IMG/VR virus record: IMGVR_UViG_3300025669_000021
Location: 37,416 to 101,415 of that record
Source: a virus
Length of the DNA: 64,000 nucleotides
Strand: one strand, 5' to 3'
Shown here: in pieces, positions 9,853-21,500 of the stretch
How positions within the stretch are numbered: the first letter of the stretch is position 1
Layout: each line of letters opens with the position of its first letter
Position numbers and translations under genes: made by a program
Notes under the pieces: model-generated
What the model saw: only the letters and a program-made list of their open reading frames with translations
Database searches by the model: none
What the model was told of the DNA's origin: nothing

Positions 9853-11937
9853 ATGCCGTCAATCAAGCTCGATCAGTTCAAAGGGATCATACCAAGGACA
9901 GCGCCAAAACTCCTTTCACCAAATGCAGCCCAGACCGCGCAGAACGTAGAATTGATGTCCGGGCGCCTGGAAGCTCTATTGCCGCTCGGCGCGGAAGTCG
10001 ACACCCAGGCGGGAAACACCATATTCAAGTGGTATCGCAACTCCTCCTCTGAATGGCTCTCAATGACGGGTATTGAGGATTTCGCCGTTGGTCCTATTCG
10101 GGCTGATCAATACGATAGGGTCTACTTCACCGATGGCGGCACCCTCAAGATGAACGCCTGGAAGACATCCAAGATTACCAGGACAGTAGGTCTGACGGCC
10201 CCCAATGCTGCTCATGTCCCTACTTTGACGTCTTCTGCAGTCAATAAGTGGAGGTTTAATCCAGGAGCAATCGCCAATGATCTACGTCTTAACTCAAGCA
10301 TAGGAATATCCCTACCGTGGAATACACCTACTCCTGAAACCAACGAAGATATCACGCCTGAGAGATGGGAATTTACTGCTGACGGAAAGTGTCACGTTTG
10401 GTTTCCTGTTCCGGGCCAACGGATAAATACGTCAACTGGGGCATCATGGGTTAGTTATAGTTTAACATCCATATTCCTCTACCAGTTGAAGGTAGATACA
10501 GCCGGTGGCGGTACTGACGCTACTAAACCAGCAGCATACGGACAACTGACCAATACTGTATCCTTTGATATTACTGATGGAGTAGAAGGGACGAAGTATG
10601 CGGAACTGGTTGTAGAGTCAATGACAAGAGAAGGAATGGAAGTAGAGTGGATAGATGGATCTACTGGAAAATCTCTTATTAGTGGTCGTCCTGATGGAAC
10701 ATTTGCAACATTCACTTGCTCTGACCACATGGCTCATCTAGTTCTCAATCTCAACTATGTTGATCTTGTCGGAAGTAAACTCAGGCAGACATCATACTAT
10801 GTTCAGACCTACGTTGATGATCTAGGCGAAGAGAGCCCCGCTAGTGGCATCTCAGCGGCAATAGAGTTCGTTCCCGGCACAGAAGTAGTCCTGGGGCTGG
10901 GCTCCGATCCTGGGGGCAATATAGCGACGAGACGGCTATACAGATCGGCGGCTGGAAGCCTGGAAGATGCTTTCTTCTATGTGGCAGACATTACAGCGGC
11001 CACAACAGCCTATACGGACACGAAGACGGACGCGGAGCTAGGAGAGGTCATCCCCGGCTTTGAGAATCCTCCAACGACTCTGACGGGCATTGTGGCTATG
11101 TCTAATGGTTTTCTGGCTGGCTGGTCTGGGAAAACTCTCCATTTCAGCGAACAGTGGCACCCCTATAGCTGGCTGGATACTTACCAGATTAACCTAGAGT
11201 ACGATATTATTGGTCTGGCGGTTGTGGATACCGACCTGATTGTGATGACTGAGGGTCATCCTTACGTTGTGACAGGTGTTCACCCAGAGAACATGACGGT
11301 AGACAAGATTGCTCTCTCCCAGTCTTGTGCAAGCCGTCGATCGATCGCAACGATGAAGGATAGCGTATTCTATACGTCTCCGGACGGGATTGTAAGGATT
11401 AGGCACGGCGCCGGCCAACTGATCACCGAGGATTTCTACACAAGGGTCCAGTGGCAAGCCCTTACCCCGTCATCGGCTATATCCGCGGTGCAGGATAAGA
11501 AGTATTTCGCGTGGATGACCGGGATAAAGCTCATTTTTGACATGGACGAGGGGCTTGCGGCTATCACGTCCCATGATATCACGGCAACGGCCGTCTATAC
11601 TGATCTGGTGGATGATACTCTATACGTGTCTCAATCAGGAGTAATCAAGGGTTGGGAGAAGGGGTCAGTCAATAAGACTATCCTCTGGAAGTCGAAGGAA
11701 TACGCTATTCAGCGCCGGTGGGCCCCGGTGGCGGGTCGAATAGTGGCAGATTCGTACCCTGTAACGCTCAGACTGTACGCAGAGGGCGCCCTAGTGTCGA
11801 CCGTGACCGTTTCTAGCCAGACAGCCTTTAGGATCCCTATACTGCGTCAGGAGCGCGTGTGGTCCCTCGACGTGCAGAACGATGACACTATCGATGAAGT
11901 GATGATCTCTAGCAGCATGAAGAATTTGAGAACGTAA
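9853..11937 (+). CDS. Tail nozzle / tail tubular protein B (stabilization protein)
   Basis: N-term F.GIIPR..P.LL..NAAQ.A.N, YVQTYV...GEESP, LHFSE...PYSW, YTSPDG, WKSKEY motifs. Confidence 0.85.
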   Translation: MPSIKLDQFKGIIPRTAPKLLSPNAAQTAQNVELMSGRLEALLPLGAEVDTQAGNTIFKWYRNSSSEWLSMTGIEDFAVGPIRADQYDRVYFTDGGTLKMNAWKTSKITRTVGLTAPNAAHVPTLTSSAVNKWRFNPGAIANDLRLNSSIGISLPWNTPTPETNEDITPERWEFTADGKCHVWFPVPGQRINTSTGASWVSYSLTSIFLYQLKVDTAGGGTDATKPAAYGQLTNTVSFDITDGVEGTKYAELVVESMTREGMEVEWIDGSTGKSLISGRPDGTFATFTCSDHMAHLVLNLNYVDLVGSKLRQTSYYVQTYVDDLGEESPASGISAAIEFVPGTEVVLGLGSDPGGNIATRRLYRSAAGSLEDAFFYVADITAATTAYTDTKTDAELGEVIPGFENPPTTLTGIVAMSNGFLAGWSGKTLHFSEQWHPYSWLDTYQINLEYDIIGLAVVDTDLIVMTEGHPYVVTGVHPENMTVDKIALSQSCASRRSIATMKDSVFYTSPDGIVRIRHGAGQLITEDFYTRVQWQALTPSSAISAVQDKKYFAWMTGIKLIFDMDEGLAAITSHDITATAVYTDLVDDTLYVSQSGVIKGWEKGSVNKTILWKSKEYAIQRRWAPVAGRIVADSYPVTLRLYAEGALVSTVTVSSQTAFRIPILRQERVWSLDVQNDDTIDEVMISSSMKNLRT

Positions 11938-11939
11938 TT

Positions 11940-12533
11940 ATGGGCAGAAGAGTACAAGTTGACGTAGTGCAGTCGAGGTCGTTGGTTTCCCCGCATGGGG
12001 TCGATGATGCTCTGACATATAGATGCTTACGGGCCCTCGTTGAAAATGTGCGTCACCTAAAGAGTGAGATGAACCCCAAGGCCAATAAGGCTGTAGAAAA
12101 CTTCCAAGAGACAAATATAGGTGCAGGAGATCTATCAGGAGAAGTAGAGGGGCCGCAAGGAGAGAGGGGGCCAAGAGGACGTAAGGGGGAAGATGGCGAG
12201 GATGGCAGTCCATACGATCATTCCTTCAAGTTTACGGCTACGAGCACCACGGGCGGGGATATAACAGAGGGATATTGCTTCATAGGTGGAGCGGCAAAGA
12301 CGATCACCAACCTTCCATCATCTGTTTCCTCGATCACTTCCAGCGTGAAATACTATATAGAGATAGACCTTGCGGCCGCAACCGCCGAATGGAAGTCAAC
12401 TTCTAGCGCCTATCCCGTCTCCGATATTGATACTGAAATATGGCCTATTCTTGAGCTTACAGCCGCCGATAGCGTAATTAGCGCAGTTCTCGAGCGGTAC
12501 ACTTCTGATATTCATGTGACACTGGCAGCGTAA
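11940..12533 (+). CDS. Tail-associated protein with a short collagen-like segment
   Basis: GPQGERGPRGRKGEDGEDG (12150-12206) followed by a beta-rich domain. Confidence 0.6.
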   Translation: MGRRVQVDVVQSRSLVSPHGVDDALTYRCLRALVENVRHLKSEMNPKANKAVENFQETNIGAGDLSGEVEGPQGERGPRGRKGEDGEDGSPYDHSFKFTATSTTGGDITEGYCFIGGAAKTITNLPSSVSSITSSVKYYIEIDLAAATAEWKSTSSAYPVSDIDTEIWPILELTAADSVISAVLERYTSDIHVTLAA

Positions 12534-13603
12534 TGAAACAAATCATTTTGGCAATAATTCTAATGGCGTCTATATCGCACTCAGCGACATGGAGTGATGA
12601 TGTATGGCCGGGGTGGGATACTCCGAGATCAAACTACTGGAGAGCGGTAGATTGTTACAGTGGGCTAGTGCAGCGTATCGATGTTCTTTCATCGTCTGCC
12701 GTAGACGCTCCATCCCACAGAAACAACAGGAGTGATCTTGTAGCATATAAGGTCAAAACAAGAACGATAATGTCATCATTCATGCCTGTAACCAATCTGA
12801 GTGGTTTGGTATCGGTCCCGTACTTAGACCCCACTAATAGATGCTTTATCAGCAAGATCCCTACCAACTACTTTGAATACACTCCGCAGAGAAGCCTGTC
12901 AGGGCTCGGAACATTTGACGATGATTCAGGAGTAGGACATCTGCACGGGTACACAAACAATGATACAGCAAGAGGCGGCACTAATTTCCCCGGGTCGCAG
13001 ACAAACTGGTACACTACTGATTACGGATGGGATCCTCTCAAAGTGCTGATTACTAACATGATTTCTACAGCAGACACCATCTATCCAGTTATGACTATAA
13101 TACCGGCATGGCGATTCTATGGTACTCACAGCGGATCAGGAACAGAATCATGGTCAAACGTGGTTGACGCTGCAAAACTGGATTGGGCAGAGACAATACA
13201 CTGCACATGGGCAAATTATACTGTTGGAAACATATCTGGTACATCGTTTGATGCTGATACCTGGGGCCTACAGTGGCAGTCTGGAATATCTCACATGAAC
13301 ACAGCACATAATAAGACGGTACATTTCCATATATGGGTTGATCCTACTAGCGGCGGCGGTGCTGGTGCTGTTCATACGTTCAGCAACATGGGAGACGATT
13401 GGGTAAAGGAGAGCGCGTACAGCTACGCAGGGAATACAAACGCCTTACTGAGCGCCACGGCAACCAATAGCTCCATCTCTCACAATACAAATGCCCCAAC
13501 TAGCTGGCCGTCCGAGCCCGGAGTAGGAGAGACGCGCTATAAGGGGTATTTCATTGACCAAGGGAAAGATATCTCAGTGTTTGAGTGGGAATTTGACTAT
13601 TAA
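12533..13603 (+). CDS. Signal-peptide-bearing, TN-rich tail-region protein
   Basis: MKQIILAIILMASISHSA signal; W/T/N-rich; ends FEWEFDY. Confidence 0.65.
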   Translation: MKQIILAIILMASISHSATWSDDVWPGWDTPRSNYWRAVDCYSGLVQRIDVLSSSAVDAPSHRNNRSDLVAYKVKTRTIMSSFMPVTNLSGLVSVPYLDPTNRCFISKIPTNYFEYTPQRSLSGLGTFDDDSGVGHLHGYTNNDTARGGTNFPGSQTNWYTTDYGWDPLKVLITNMISTADTIYPVMTIIPAWRFYGTHSGSGTESWSNVVDAAKLDWAETIHCTWANYTVGNISGTSFDADTWGLQWQSGISHMNTAHNKTVHFHIWVDPTSGGGAGAVHTFSNMGDDWVKESAYSYAGNTNALLSATATNSSISHNTNAPTSWPSEPGVGETRYKGYFIDQGKDISVFEWEFDY

Positions 13604-13622
13604 ATAACAGGAGACAATAGCG

Positions 13623-14357
13623 ATGGCTAAGAAGTTTTGGAACACAACTGGAAAAGAAAAAAGACTTTGGAACCCAGATAAGAAAGTAGGCCTCAAGGAC
13701 AAGAAGTCTACATCTGGCGTAAAGAGCAAGTCCAAGGACATCGGGCGTACTAATGCCGGTGCTGTATCTGATTCCCGCTCACGCAGGGCTCTATCTGGTG
13801 CTAAAAATGCCGCAAACAGATTGATCGGGCTTGGCGGTGAATATGCCGCTCGGGGAAGGAAATTTGAGGGTATTGATGATCAGATCATTGATCAGGCCTC
13901 GCAGTCTCCCGACTTCCTTGTTGATCAGGCGGCAACCGATACAACCTTGGCTTTTGACAAGTCGAAGGGCATAATGGACCGCAACGCCTCTCGTATGGGT
14001 ATAGATCCTAGTAGTGGCCGGTTTGGCGGTCTGCAGCAACAATGGGCTATGGCTCGATCTGCAGCGGAAGCTGGAGCAAAGACCCGTGCACGGCGCCAAG
14101 CAACGGACGTCAACTTTAGTAGGCTCCTCCAGGCGTCAGGAATAGGATCTCGCTACCCGGGATTGGCTGTAAATGCTACTTCGGCTGGTGGTAGTGCTTT
14201 GAGTGGTCTGGCCGGTGACTACGGAAGCAGGGCTTTTGATTCAGCGGCAGAAGGATCCTATGTTGATTCTAACAGTAACGCCGGTAACGGTGGTAACGGT
14301 GGTAACGGTGGGTCCAGTCTTCAATCTGAGGTAGATCAAGAACAGGGAGATTTGTAA
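13623..14357 (+). CDS. Internal virion / DNA ejection protein
   Basis: A/G/S-rich helical protein with the R.GIDPSSGRF motif typical of podovirus ejection proteins. Confidence 0.65.
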   Translation: MAKKFWNTTGKEKRLWNPDKKVGLKDKKSTSGVKSKSKDIGRTNAGAVSDSRSRRALSGAKNAANRLIGLGGEYAARGRKFEGIDDQIIDQASQSPDFLVDQAATDTTLAFDKSKGIMDRNASRMGIDPSSGRFGGLQQQWAMARSAAEAGAKTRARRQATDVNFSRLLQASGIGSRYPGLAVNATSAGGSALSGLAGDYGSRAFDSAAEGSYVDSNSNAGNGGNGGNGGSSLQSEVDQEQGDL

Positions 14358-15586
14358 TGGCGATTAGAAGCGCAGCAGGAGGGCGTCTTGCCGGTCTACG
14401 GGCTGCAGGACAAGATCAAAGGGCCGAGAAGACTGTTGGGCTCAATGAAGCATCTGGAGCTCGGGCAGAGCGTGGGCTACAAGTCAACGAAGCAGCATCA
14501 CGGCGCCAAGATGAAATCTTTCAGGCAGAGAAGCAAGACAGAATCCGCGGCAATGTTGGCCGCGCCTATGAAACTGCATCATGGGGAGATCAAGCAGGAG
14601 CTATAGCTGCGTACAACGAGGGCCGTGCTAAAGATCAGCATATTGACGGTATAGAGGTTGGCGATAATGGCGATCTATTTGTGTCTCGACGTGGAGATCA
14701 AGCAAGGATTAAGCTTGCCAGGATTGAGAGATGGCTACCCAAAAACCCTAACGCCGTAAAAGCAGGGTCAAGAATAACCGCCAACACTCCTGGCGCCCGT
14801 ATGAAGATAGGCCAGGGCATTAACCAGTTTGATAAAAACTATGATACGAAGAAAGCAAAGCAAGACCCAGCTACTAAGAAGGCGATAGAAGACGCCATGC
14901 TGACTTATGATCCAAACACGGACGGTCCGATTGATGAATACCAAGCGAATGTAGCAAGGGATCTAGGGATAGATCCCGCAGGATCTGAGGGTATCGTCAA
15001 CGAATTACAGGCAAAAGACCAAGAGATCGCAGATATGCAGGAATCCATGAGAGCGGGTGGATTTTTCTATGGTCCTGAATTTAGTGTGAAGGGAACTAAG
15101 TTTCCCGTGAATCCCCTCGCCAAAGACCGTAGTTTCAAACTACGGGAGTTGCAGCAGGAAAGAAAGATCCTCGCAAGAGAGTTGGAGATGGCTAATCCCG
15201 TTGTCAGGGCACGGCAAAACAAAATAAGGTTAGAGGAAAGGAAAATCGTCAAGGCTCACCCTGGCTTTGATAGTAACAATGACGGACGTATAGATGAACA
15301 AGATAAGATGTTCCAGGTAGCGCAGTTGGTTGTTGAAACATTAGCCATTCCTGATGATTCAGAAGACCCGAATATCGCAATAAAAAAGAAGAAGTTTAGA
15401 GATAGATACTCGCCAAAGCGACTTATCGAATTTGAAGCTCTGGTCAAAGCCGTAACGAAGAAAGCTACTGCTGACGCCGAGACAAAGGTAGGATTAAGAG
15501 AACCTAAGAAAACTGCTTCTCCTGCTGCTGCTCCAGCGAATAAAGCTCGAGGAAATATCCAAGGTCTACAATTCCAAAACAGGTAA
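14357..15586 (+). CDS. Internal virion protein (putative ejection protein)
   Basis: Charged helical protein between the ejection gene and the giant gene; contains the EF-hand-like loop DSNNDGRIDEQD. Confidence 0.55.
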   Translation: MAIRSAAGGRLAGLRAAGQDQRAEKTVGLNEASGARAERGLQVNEAASRRQDEIFQAEKQDRIRGNVGRAYETASWGDQAGAIAAYNEGRAKDQHIDGIEVGDNGDLFVSRRGDQARIKLARIERWLPKNPNAVKAGSRITANTPGARMKIGQGINQFDKNYDTKKAKQDPATKKAIEDAMLTYDPNTDGPIDEYQANVARDLGIDPAGSEGIVNELQAKDQEIADMQESMRAGGFFYGPEFSVKGTKFPVNPLAKDRSFKLRELQQERKILARELEMANPVVRARQNKIRLEERKIVKAHPGFDSNNDGRIDEQDKMFQVAQLVVETLAIPDDSEDPNIAIKKKKFRDRYSPKRLIEFEALVKAVTKKATADAETKVGLREPKKTASPAAAPANKARGNIQGLQFQNR

Positions 15587-15592
15587 TATATA

Positions 15593-18500
15593 ATGGCTAA
15601 TGGCTTACTTGATCCTGATCAAGAACTCGCGTTCATAAAATCACTTGATGATGAAACGGCCCCTGTCGACGGGGCTGGTGCCTTCCGTCCTCCAGAAGTG
15701 GATGACCCTCCAGAGGAAGAAACTCTTGACGGGAAGAAGGAGCTATTTTGGCTAGAGAACCTTGACCAGGAGATCCGCCAGGAAAGTGTCAAGGAATTGA
15801 AGGCTAAGGGACAGACCGCAATCCTCGGTAAATCTAAGGCTCGTATGCCATTCGGGGAGAAGTTACGCCGAAGCTTTAGCGGTGAGCCTTTCGGTGCAGA
15901 CGTTACTCCTGTAGAAGGGGCAATAGCTTATCTTTCTCCGGTAGCTAGGACAAACAAGCGTCTTGAACTCAATGAGATCCGTGAAAAGCTTTCAAGAACT
16001 GCAGGAGCCGAAAGCGTAGAAGATGAACTAGCACTATACTCCAAGAACTTCGAAGGATGGTCGGACGGTGATCTATTCCAATATGTGCACGGATCAACAG
16101 AAATACCACCTGACAGGGTAATTGATAGAGAGCAGACCATACGTACCAGCTTGGAACGCGATAAGCAGATGCTAGAGAGGCTTACAGCCTTCGACCAAGA
16201 GCTAGAAGAGCGTGACGGTCCATTGTCAGAGAACGCTCCTACAGTAATGAAGCTGAATAATCTGCTAGAGGATGGTGTATTTGGCGCTATCGACATGATC
16301 CCGTATATGATCAAGATGGCTGCTGGCCCTGTTGGCGTATTCGTTGAGGCTATGACCCAGTTTGATGAACGTCTGCATGGAGAGGGCAAGATCAATGAAG
16401 ATGGCCGATACGAGATCACCAAGGAACAGGCCGGTGTCTTTGAGGCAGCATGGAAGAGTATTTTGTCTGCTGGGGCTGAATATTACATAGAAAAGAAGGT
16501 CGGTTCACAGTTAAAGCTTTTAGGAGGAAAGAAGGGCGCTCAGAGATTCCTTAGTGCTGGAATGCAAGAGTCCATAGAAAAGTTGTCAAAGAAGATGGTT
16601 GGCAAGTCCTTTGGCAAAACTGGGACGAAACTATCAGAACTGACCGGTGCCAAGATCCTCCAGGGATTCAATCCAGCAAACTTGTTTGAGGAGATAATCG
16701 TTGAAGAAGGGCTCCAGGCCGTATGGGATGCCGCCTGGAACCTAGATAACATGGTCGATCCTGAGAATCCAGACAGGAAGCTAGACTTTGCAGAGAGACA
16801 AGCACTGGCCCTATCGTCGTTTGCGAAGTCTATCCCAGAGATGGCGATTAGCTTCTCTCTGTTCGGTATTGGCGGCCAGGGCGCTAATAAACTATCAAGT
16901 ATAAGAACCCGTAGCGCCCAGAAGAAGTATCTCACAGAGCTTGGATTAGAGCCAGAGCGTCAGAAACAGATAATGGACGAGAAAGACCCCAAGAATCGTG
17001 GCGAGATGCTTCTACAGGAAATACTCAGCAGACACCTACGGGCCGAAGCGTTTGGCGTACCATTCCCGTTTGCCCAGGACAAGGAGTCATTGAATAACCG
17101 ATTAGAAGATGCTGAGAAGCTATTCAAATTCGGCACTGAGAAGGCTCCACCCAGCGTAATGGATCAGTTGAGCGTCAGAGCTAAACTAGCCACGATTAAA
17201 GCTGGATTGCCGGCAGAAGGGAAAGAGGGTGAGCAACCAGCAGATCAACCATCAAAAACACCTATAGAACCCCCGGCGCCAAAGGATGAAACGCCTATTC
17301 CTCCCGAGGATCAACCACCTATCGAGGAAGATGATGAAACACCAGAGACGGGCCCAAAGGGTCAGGATCTTGTTGATACCTTTACCGATGAGAACGGCAT
17401 AATCTTTGAGCGTTTTGAAGGTCCGGACGGTACGTCTACGATGATCCAGCGTGATCCAGAGAACAAGGATCCAATACAGGTCATAAAGGGCGATAAGGAC
17501 GTCATCCTCAAGCGTTACACGGAGCAGATCGACAAGATTAAGAAGATTGAGGAGAAGCCTCCGGTAGATACAAAAGCAGTCAAAGCTAAGTACCTTGATG
17601 ACTATGTATCGTACCTGATGGACGATTCTCAGGATAAACCACCAGCAGAGCCAGACATCAGCGAAATGTCTCTCAACAATTTAAGGCGTCAGGCAAAAGA
17701 GATAGCCCTGGATCGCAAGCGCAAAGATGAGAAGCCGCCCGAAGACAAGAAGCCCCCCAAGGAAAAGAAGACGGCCACTGACGAGATAGAAGACATAGAT
17801 ATTGATGACTTGGACGATCTATTAGATGAAGCTGACGAGGGAGAGGCCCCCGCCGAGACTCCCACGCCGCCGCCACCTAGAGATGATCGCCCACCTGTAG
17901 ACGATAATAGACCGCCTGTTGATCGCCCACCGGCAGAGGCTGGTGAGGTCAGCAATGATAACGTCGACAAGCTGAAAGACCTATTCCCTGGCCTTGGGGC
18001 ACCGACACAGTTAGGTTCACCAGCCGGCGCCGAGAAAGAACCAGCTTTCAGCAAGGAAAAGTATGCTGCAGCCACTCCTGTATTCGTATCCAGTATAAAG
18101 GATATGTCTGCTGGCGGGAAAACACTGAAAGACTTCCTCTCCTGGGCAATCAAGAGCTTTGGCTCCGACATCAAACCATACCTGAAACAGTTCGTGGTCG
18201 ACGTTAAAGCTGGCAAGATCAACCTAAAGGAAGAAGATAAGGCCGATACTCCTCCCCCGCCGCCGCCAGGGCCCCAGGACAATACTACGCGCATAAGGGC
18301 ACTTATCCTGTCCGATGCTTCAATGCAGCAGAAAAGTGCTGACATGAAGAAGATGGCCCGGGAACTGGACATATCTGATAAGGCCGTTCAAGAGATGGTT
18401 GAGGCTGAATTGGTCAGAATGGCGAGGAAGATCATTGTAGCCAATGACACCAAGCCAGGAAATACAGATGCCCAGACAATGAAGGATCTGATTGCCCTGT

Positions 18501-21500
18501 ACGAGAAACAGCCCATCTTCTCAGCCAGGAGTAGCGGTAGCGTCTCCAGACAGGCTTATTCCACCCCTCTCCCCCTGGCGTTTGCCATTGAGCGTATGAT
18601 CGACGCCAAGAACGGATCCAAGGTATATGAGCCCACGGCCGGGATGGGCGCCCTAGTGATAGATGTCGACCCCAAGAAGGTAGATGTCAATGAGATCGAT
18701 TCTGTCCGTGTGCAGGAACTCAAGAAGAACGGCTATAATCAAGTCACCAGCAATGACGCCTCACTGCAGCCCCCCGCGGATCGCCTCAAGTCCTATGACA
18801 AGGTGATAATGAATCCACCTTTCGGGACACGTAAAGACGGGGCAATGCGTTGGAATGGTTTCCGGATTACCCAGCTTGACCACGAAATCGCTCTCAGAAC
18901 CCTCGACCAGATGACAGATAACGGTCAGGCGGCGATCATCCTCGGTGCATCACTTCATCAATCAGATGAGCTTACCCGTAAGGATAGGGCTCTTTTGAAC
19001 GCCATAATGAATAACTTCAACGTGGTGGACAATTTTGAGGTCAGTGGAGATCTCTACCGCAAGCAGGGCGCCAGTTTCCCTACACGGGTTTTGATCATAT
19101 CAGGCAGAAAACCAGCAACAGAAGAGCAGCTTGCCCCCAAAAAGGTCGACCGGCTCAATACTTGGCGCGAAATAGAAGACAGAATAGAGGGAAATAAGAA
19201 TGAATCTAAAAGAATCAGAGACATTGTGGAGTCCGAGCGACGATCGAAGACTACTGACGGTCCTGGAGAAGGGGGAGAACCCCCCCAAGGCCCTCGCAGG
19301 ATTCCTGAGTCTACAGGCGAACCTCCTATCCCAACTGATACAGGAGTCGACAGAGGAGGAGATACAGGCGGCTCAGAAGATGCTGGGGGATCTTCCGACG
19401 AGCGCACTGATGGGACTAGACACAGCAAACGTAAAAAGCCCCCACTTCCCGAAACAATTTCTGAATCTGAACATAGAAAGCGGAGAGAATCCGATAGCGG
19501 AGTGGAGAAAGGACGCAGAGGAGGCACTACCGCAAGAGACAAGCATGATTTCGTCCGAAGAGGCGAACCAAGAGATCACAGAGTTGACCCTCTCAAGGTT
19601 CCTGGAGAGAATGATATAGTAAACATAGATGAGTTTACATCTACCTATGTTCCATTCTCTCGGGCCCCCGGGCTAGATACTGTCTCCCCTCGATACATGG
19701 CATTGCCGATGTTTAGGGCCATGAAGGAATTGACTGATCAAGTAGGTGATCTTGACTATTACCTAGTTGACAAGCTTGGCTATGATAACGTCCAGCACCT
19801 ATGGGATGGTGACAATGAAAGATCGACGGCCGGTCTAGCTGCAGAGCAGATTGATTCGATCGCCCAGACCATATACCAGATAGAGGCCAACAAGGCCGGT
19901 ATGATCGTTGCCGATGAGACGGGTATTGGTAAAGGACGCCAAGCTGCAGCCCTGATGCGCTACGCTATAAGGGAAGGCAAGATGCCTGTCTTCTTTACTG
20001 CTACCCCAAAGCTCTTCTCTGATATGTACGGAGATCTGCAGGACATTGACACTACACTATCCCCTCTTCTGGTTGGTTCTCAGGGCAAAGCGGAAGTGAA
20101 GGATGTTGACGATAAGGTAATAGTTGCCTACGAGGCGAAGCAAAAGCAGATAATGAAGCGGTATCTCGACGGAGATGAGGACGCGCTCAAAGAGTTTGAC
20201 TCTATCTTTGCCACATATTCCCAGATAAATGCTGCCGACAACATCCAGCAACGCTTCTTCCAGGCACTGTCCGAAAGAGACGATGTATTTTTCATCATGG
20301 ATGAGTCTCACAAGGGCGCCGGTCAAACATCTACCACGGGAGTCTACCTTCGCGGTGGAGAAACAGAAAAGAAAGACCCCCAGACAAAAGAGACGATTAA
20401 GACAGAATATCCTGGCGCTCTGCGCTCGGACGGTGTTTCGGGGGTAACGTACCTATCTGCTACATACGCCAAGAACCCACAGGCCATGGGATTGTACTTC
20501 TGGACAGACATATCCAAAGCCGCCAATACACCAGAAGATCTGGAATTCATATTTGAAAACGGTGGTGTCCCTATTCAGCAGGTATCGTCGGCCGCTCTTG
20601 CAGAAACTGGACAGCTTGTCCGTAGGGAGAAGTCCTTTGACGGTGTTAAGTTTGAGCAGGAAGACATCAAAATGGACGAGCGTGAACGCGCAGAGCTTAT
20701 TGCTGATGTTGACGAAGTGACGTCTATTCTCGGGGATATTGTCGATTACAGCAATAGGGCGATAGATGTAATGGGCACTCTTCCTGACTATCTGGTGAAG
20801 AAGAGGAACAGCGTACAGACCCAACTCCAGACAACGACCTTTGCCAGTGTCGTGCACAACAAGATTGCCCAGTTAATGTATTCCATGAAGCTGAAATATG
20901 CCGTGGAAGAGGCTATTGCAACGCATAAGCGCGGAGAAAAGCCCGTTCTCGCAGTTGTCAATACGATGGAGTCCTTCCTAGAGGACTATGTAAGGAAGAA
21001 CCATCTTTCCGAGGGTGATACCGTTGACGTAAACTTTGCTGATACCTTGAAGACCGCTCTCGATCGTACAATGAGGGCGTCAGTCGAGGGCCCTACTGGT
21101 GACAATGAGCATATTGAGTTTACGCCAGAACAGTTGGGAATGAGAAGCGAGTATGATGAACTAATGGCCGACATAGATGCTTTAGAGTTAGATCTCCCTG
21201 CATCACCGATCGACTGGTTGAGACATGAGCTAGAAAAGGCTGATATATCAACCGGTGAATTGACCGGCCGCTCCCTAATGTTGGAGTATCAGGACGATGG
21301 AACGGCAATACTTCGCTCCAGGACACCAAAGGAACGGGCAGACAAGAATGGTCCTACCAACGCGTTTAACCGCGGCGATATAGATGCCATCATCCTGAAT
21401 AAGTCTGGCAGTACCGGTATCTCTCTCCACGCTGCAGAGAAGTTTGATGATCATAAGAAACGCAGAATGATCGTTGTCGACGCACATCCTGACATCAACG

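Noticed and set aside
14275-14311. GGTAACGGT tandem repeat
   Set aside because: Simply encodes a GNG low-complexity linker
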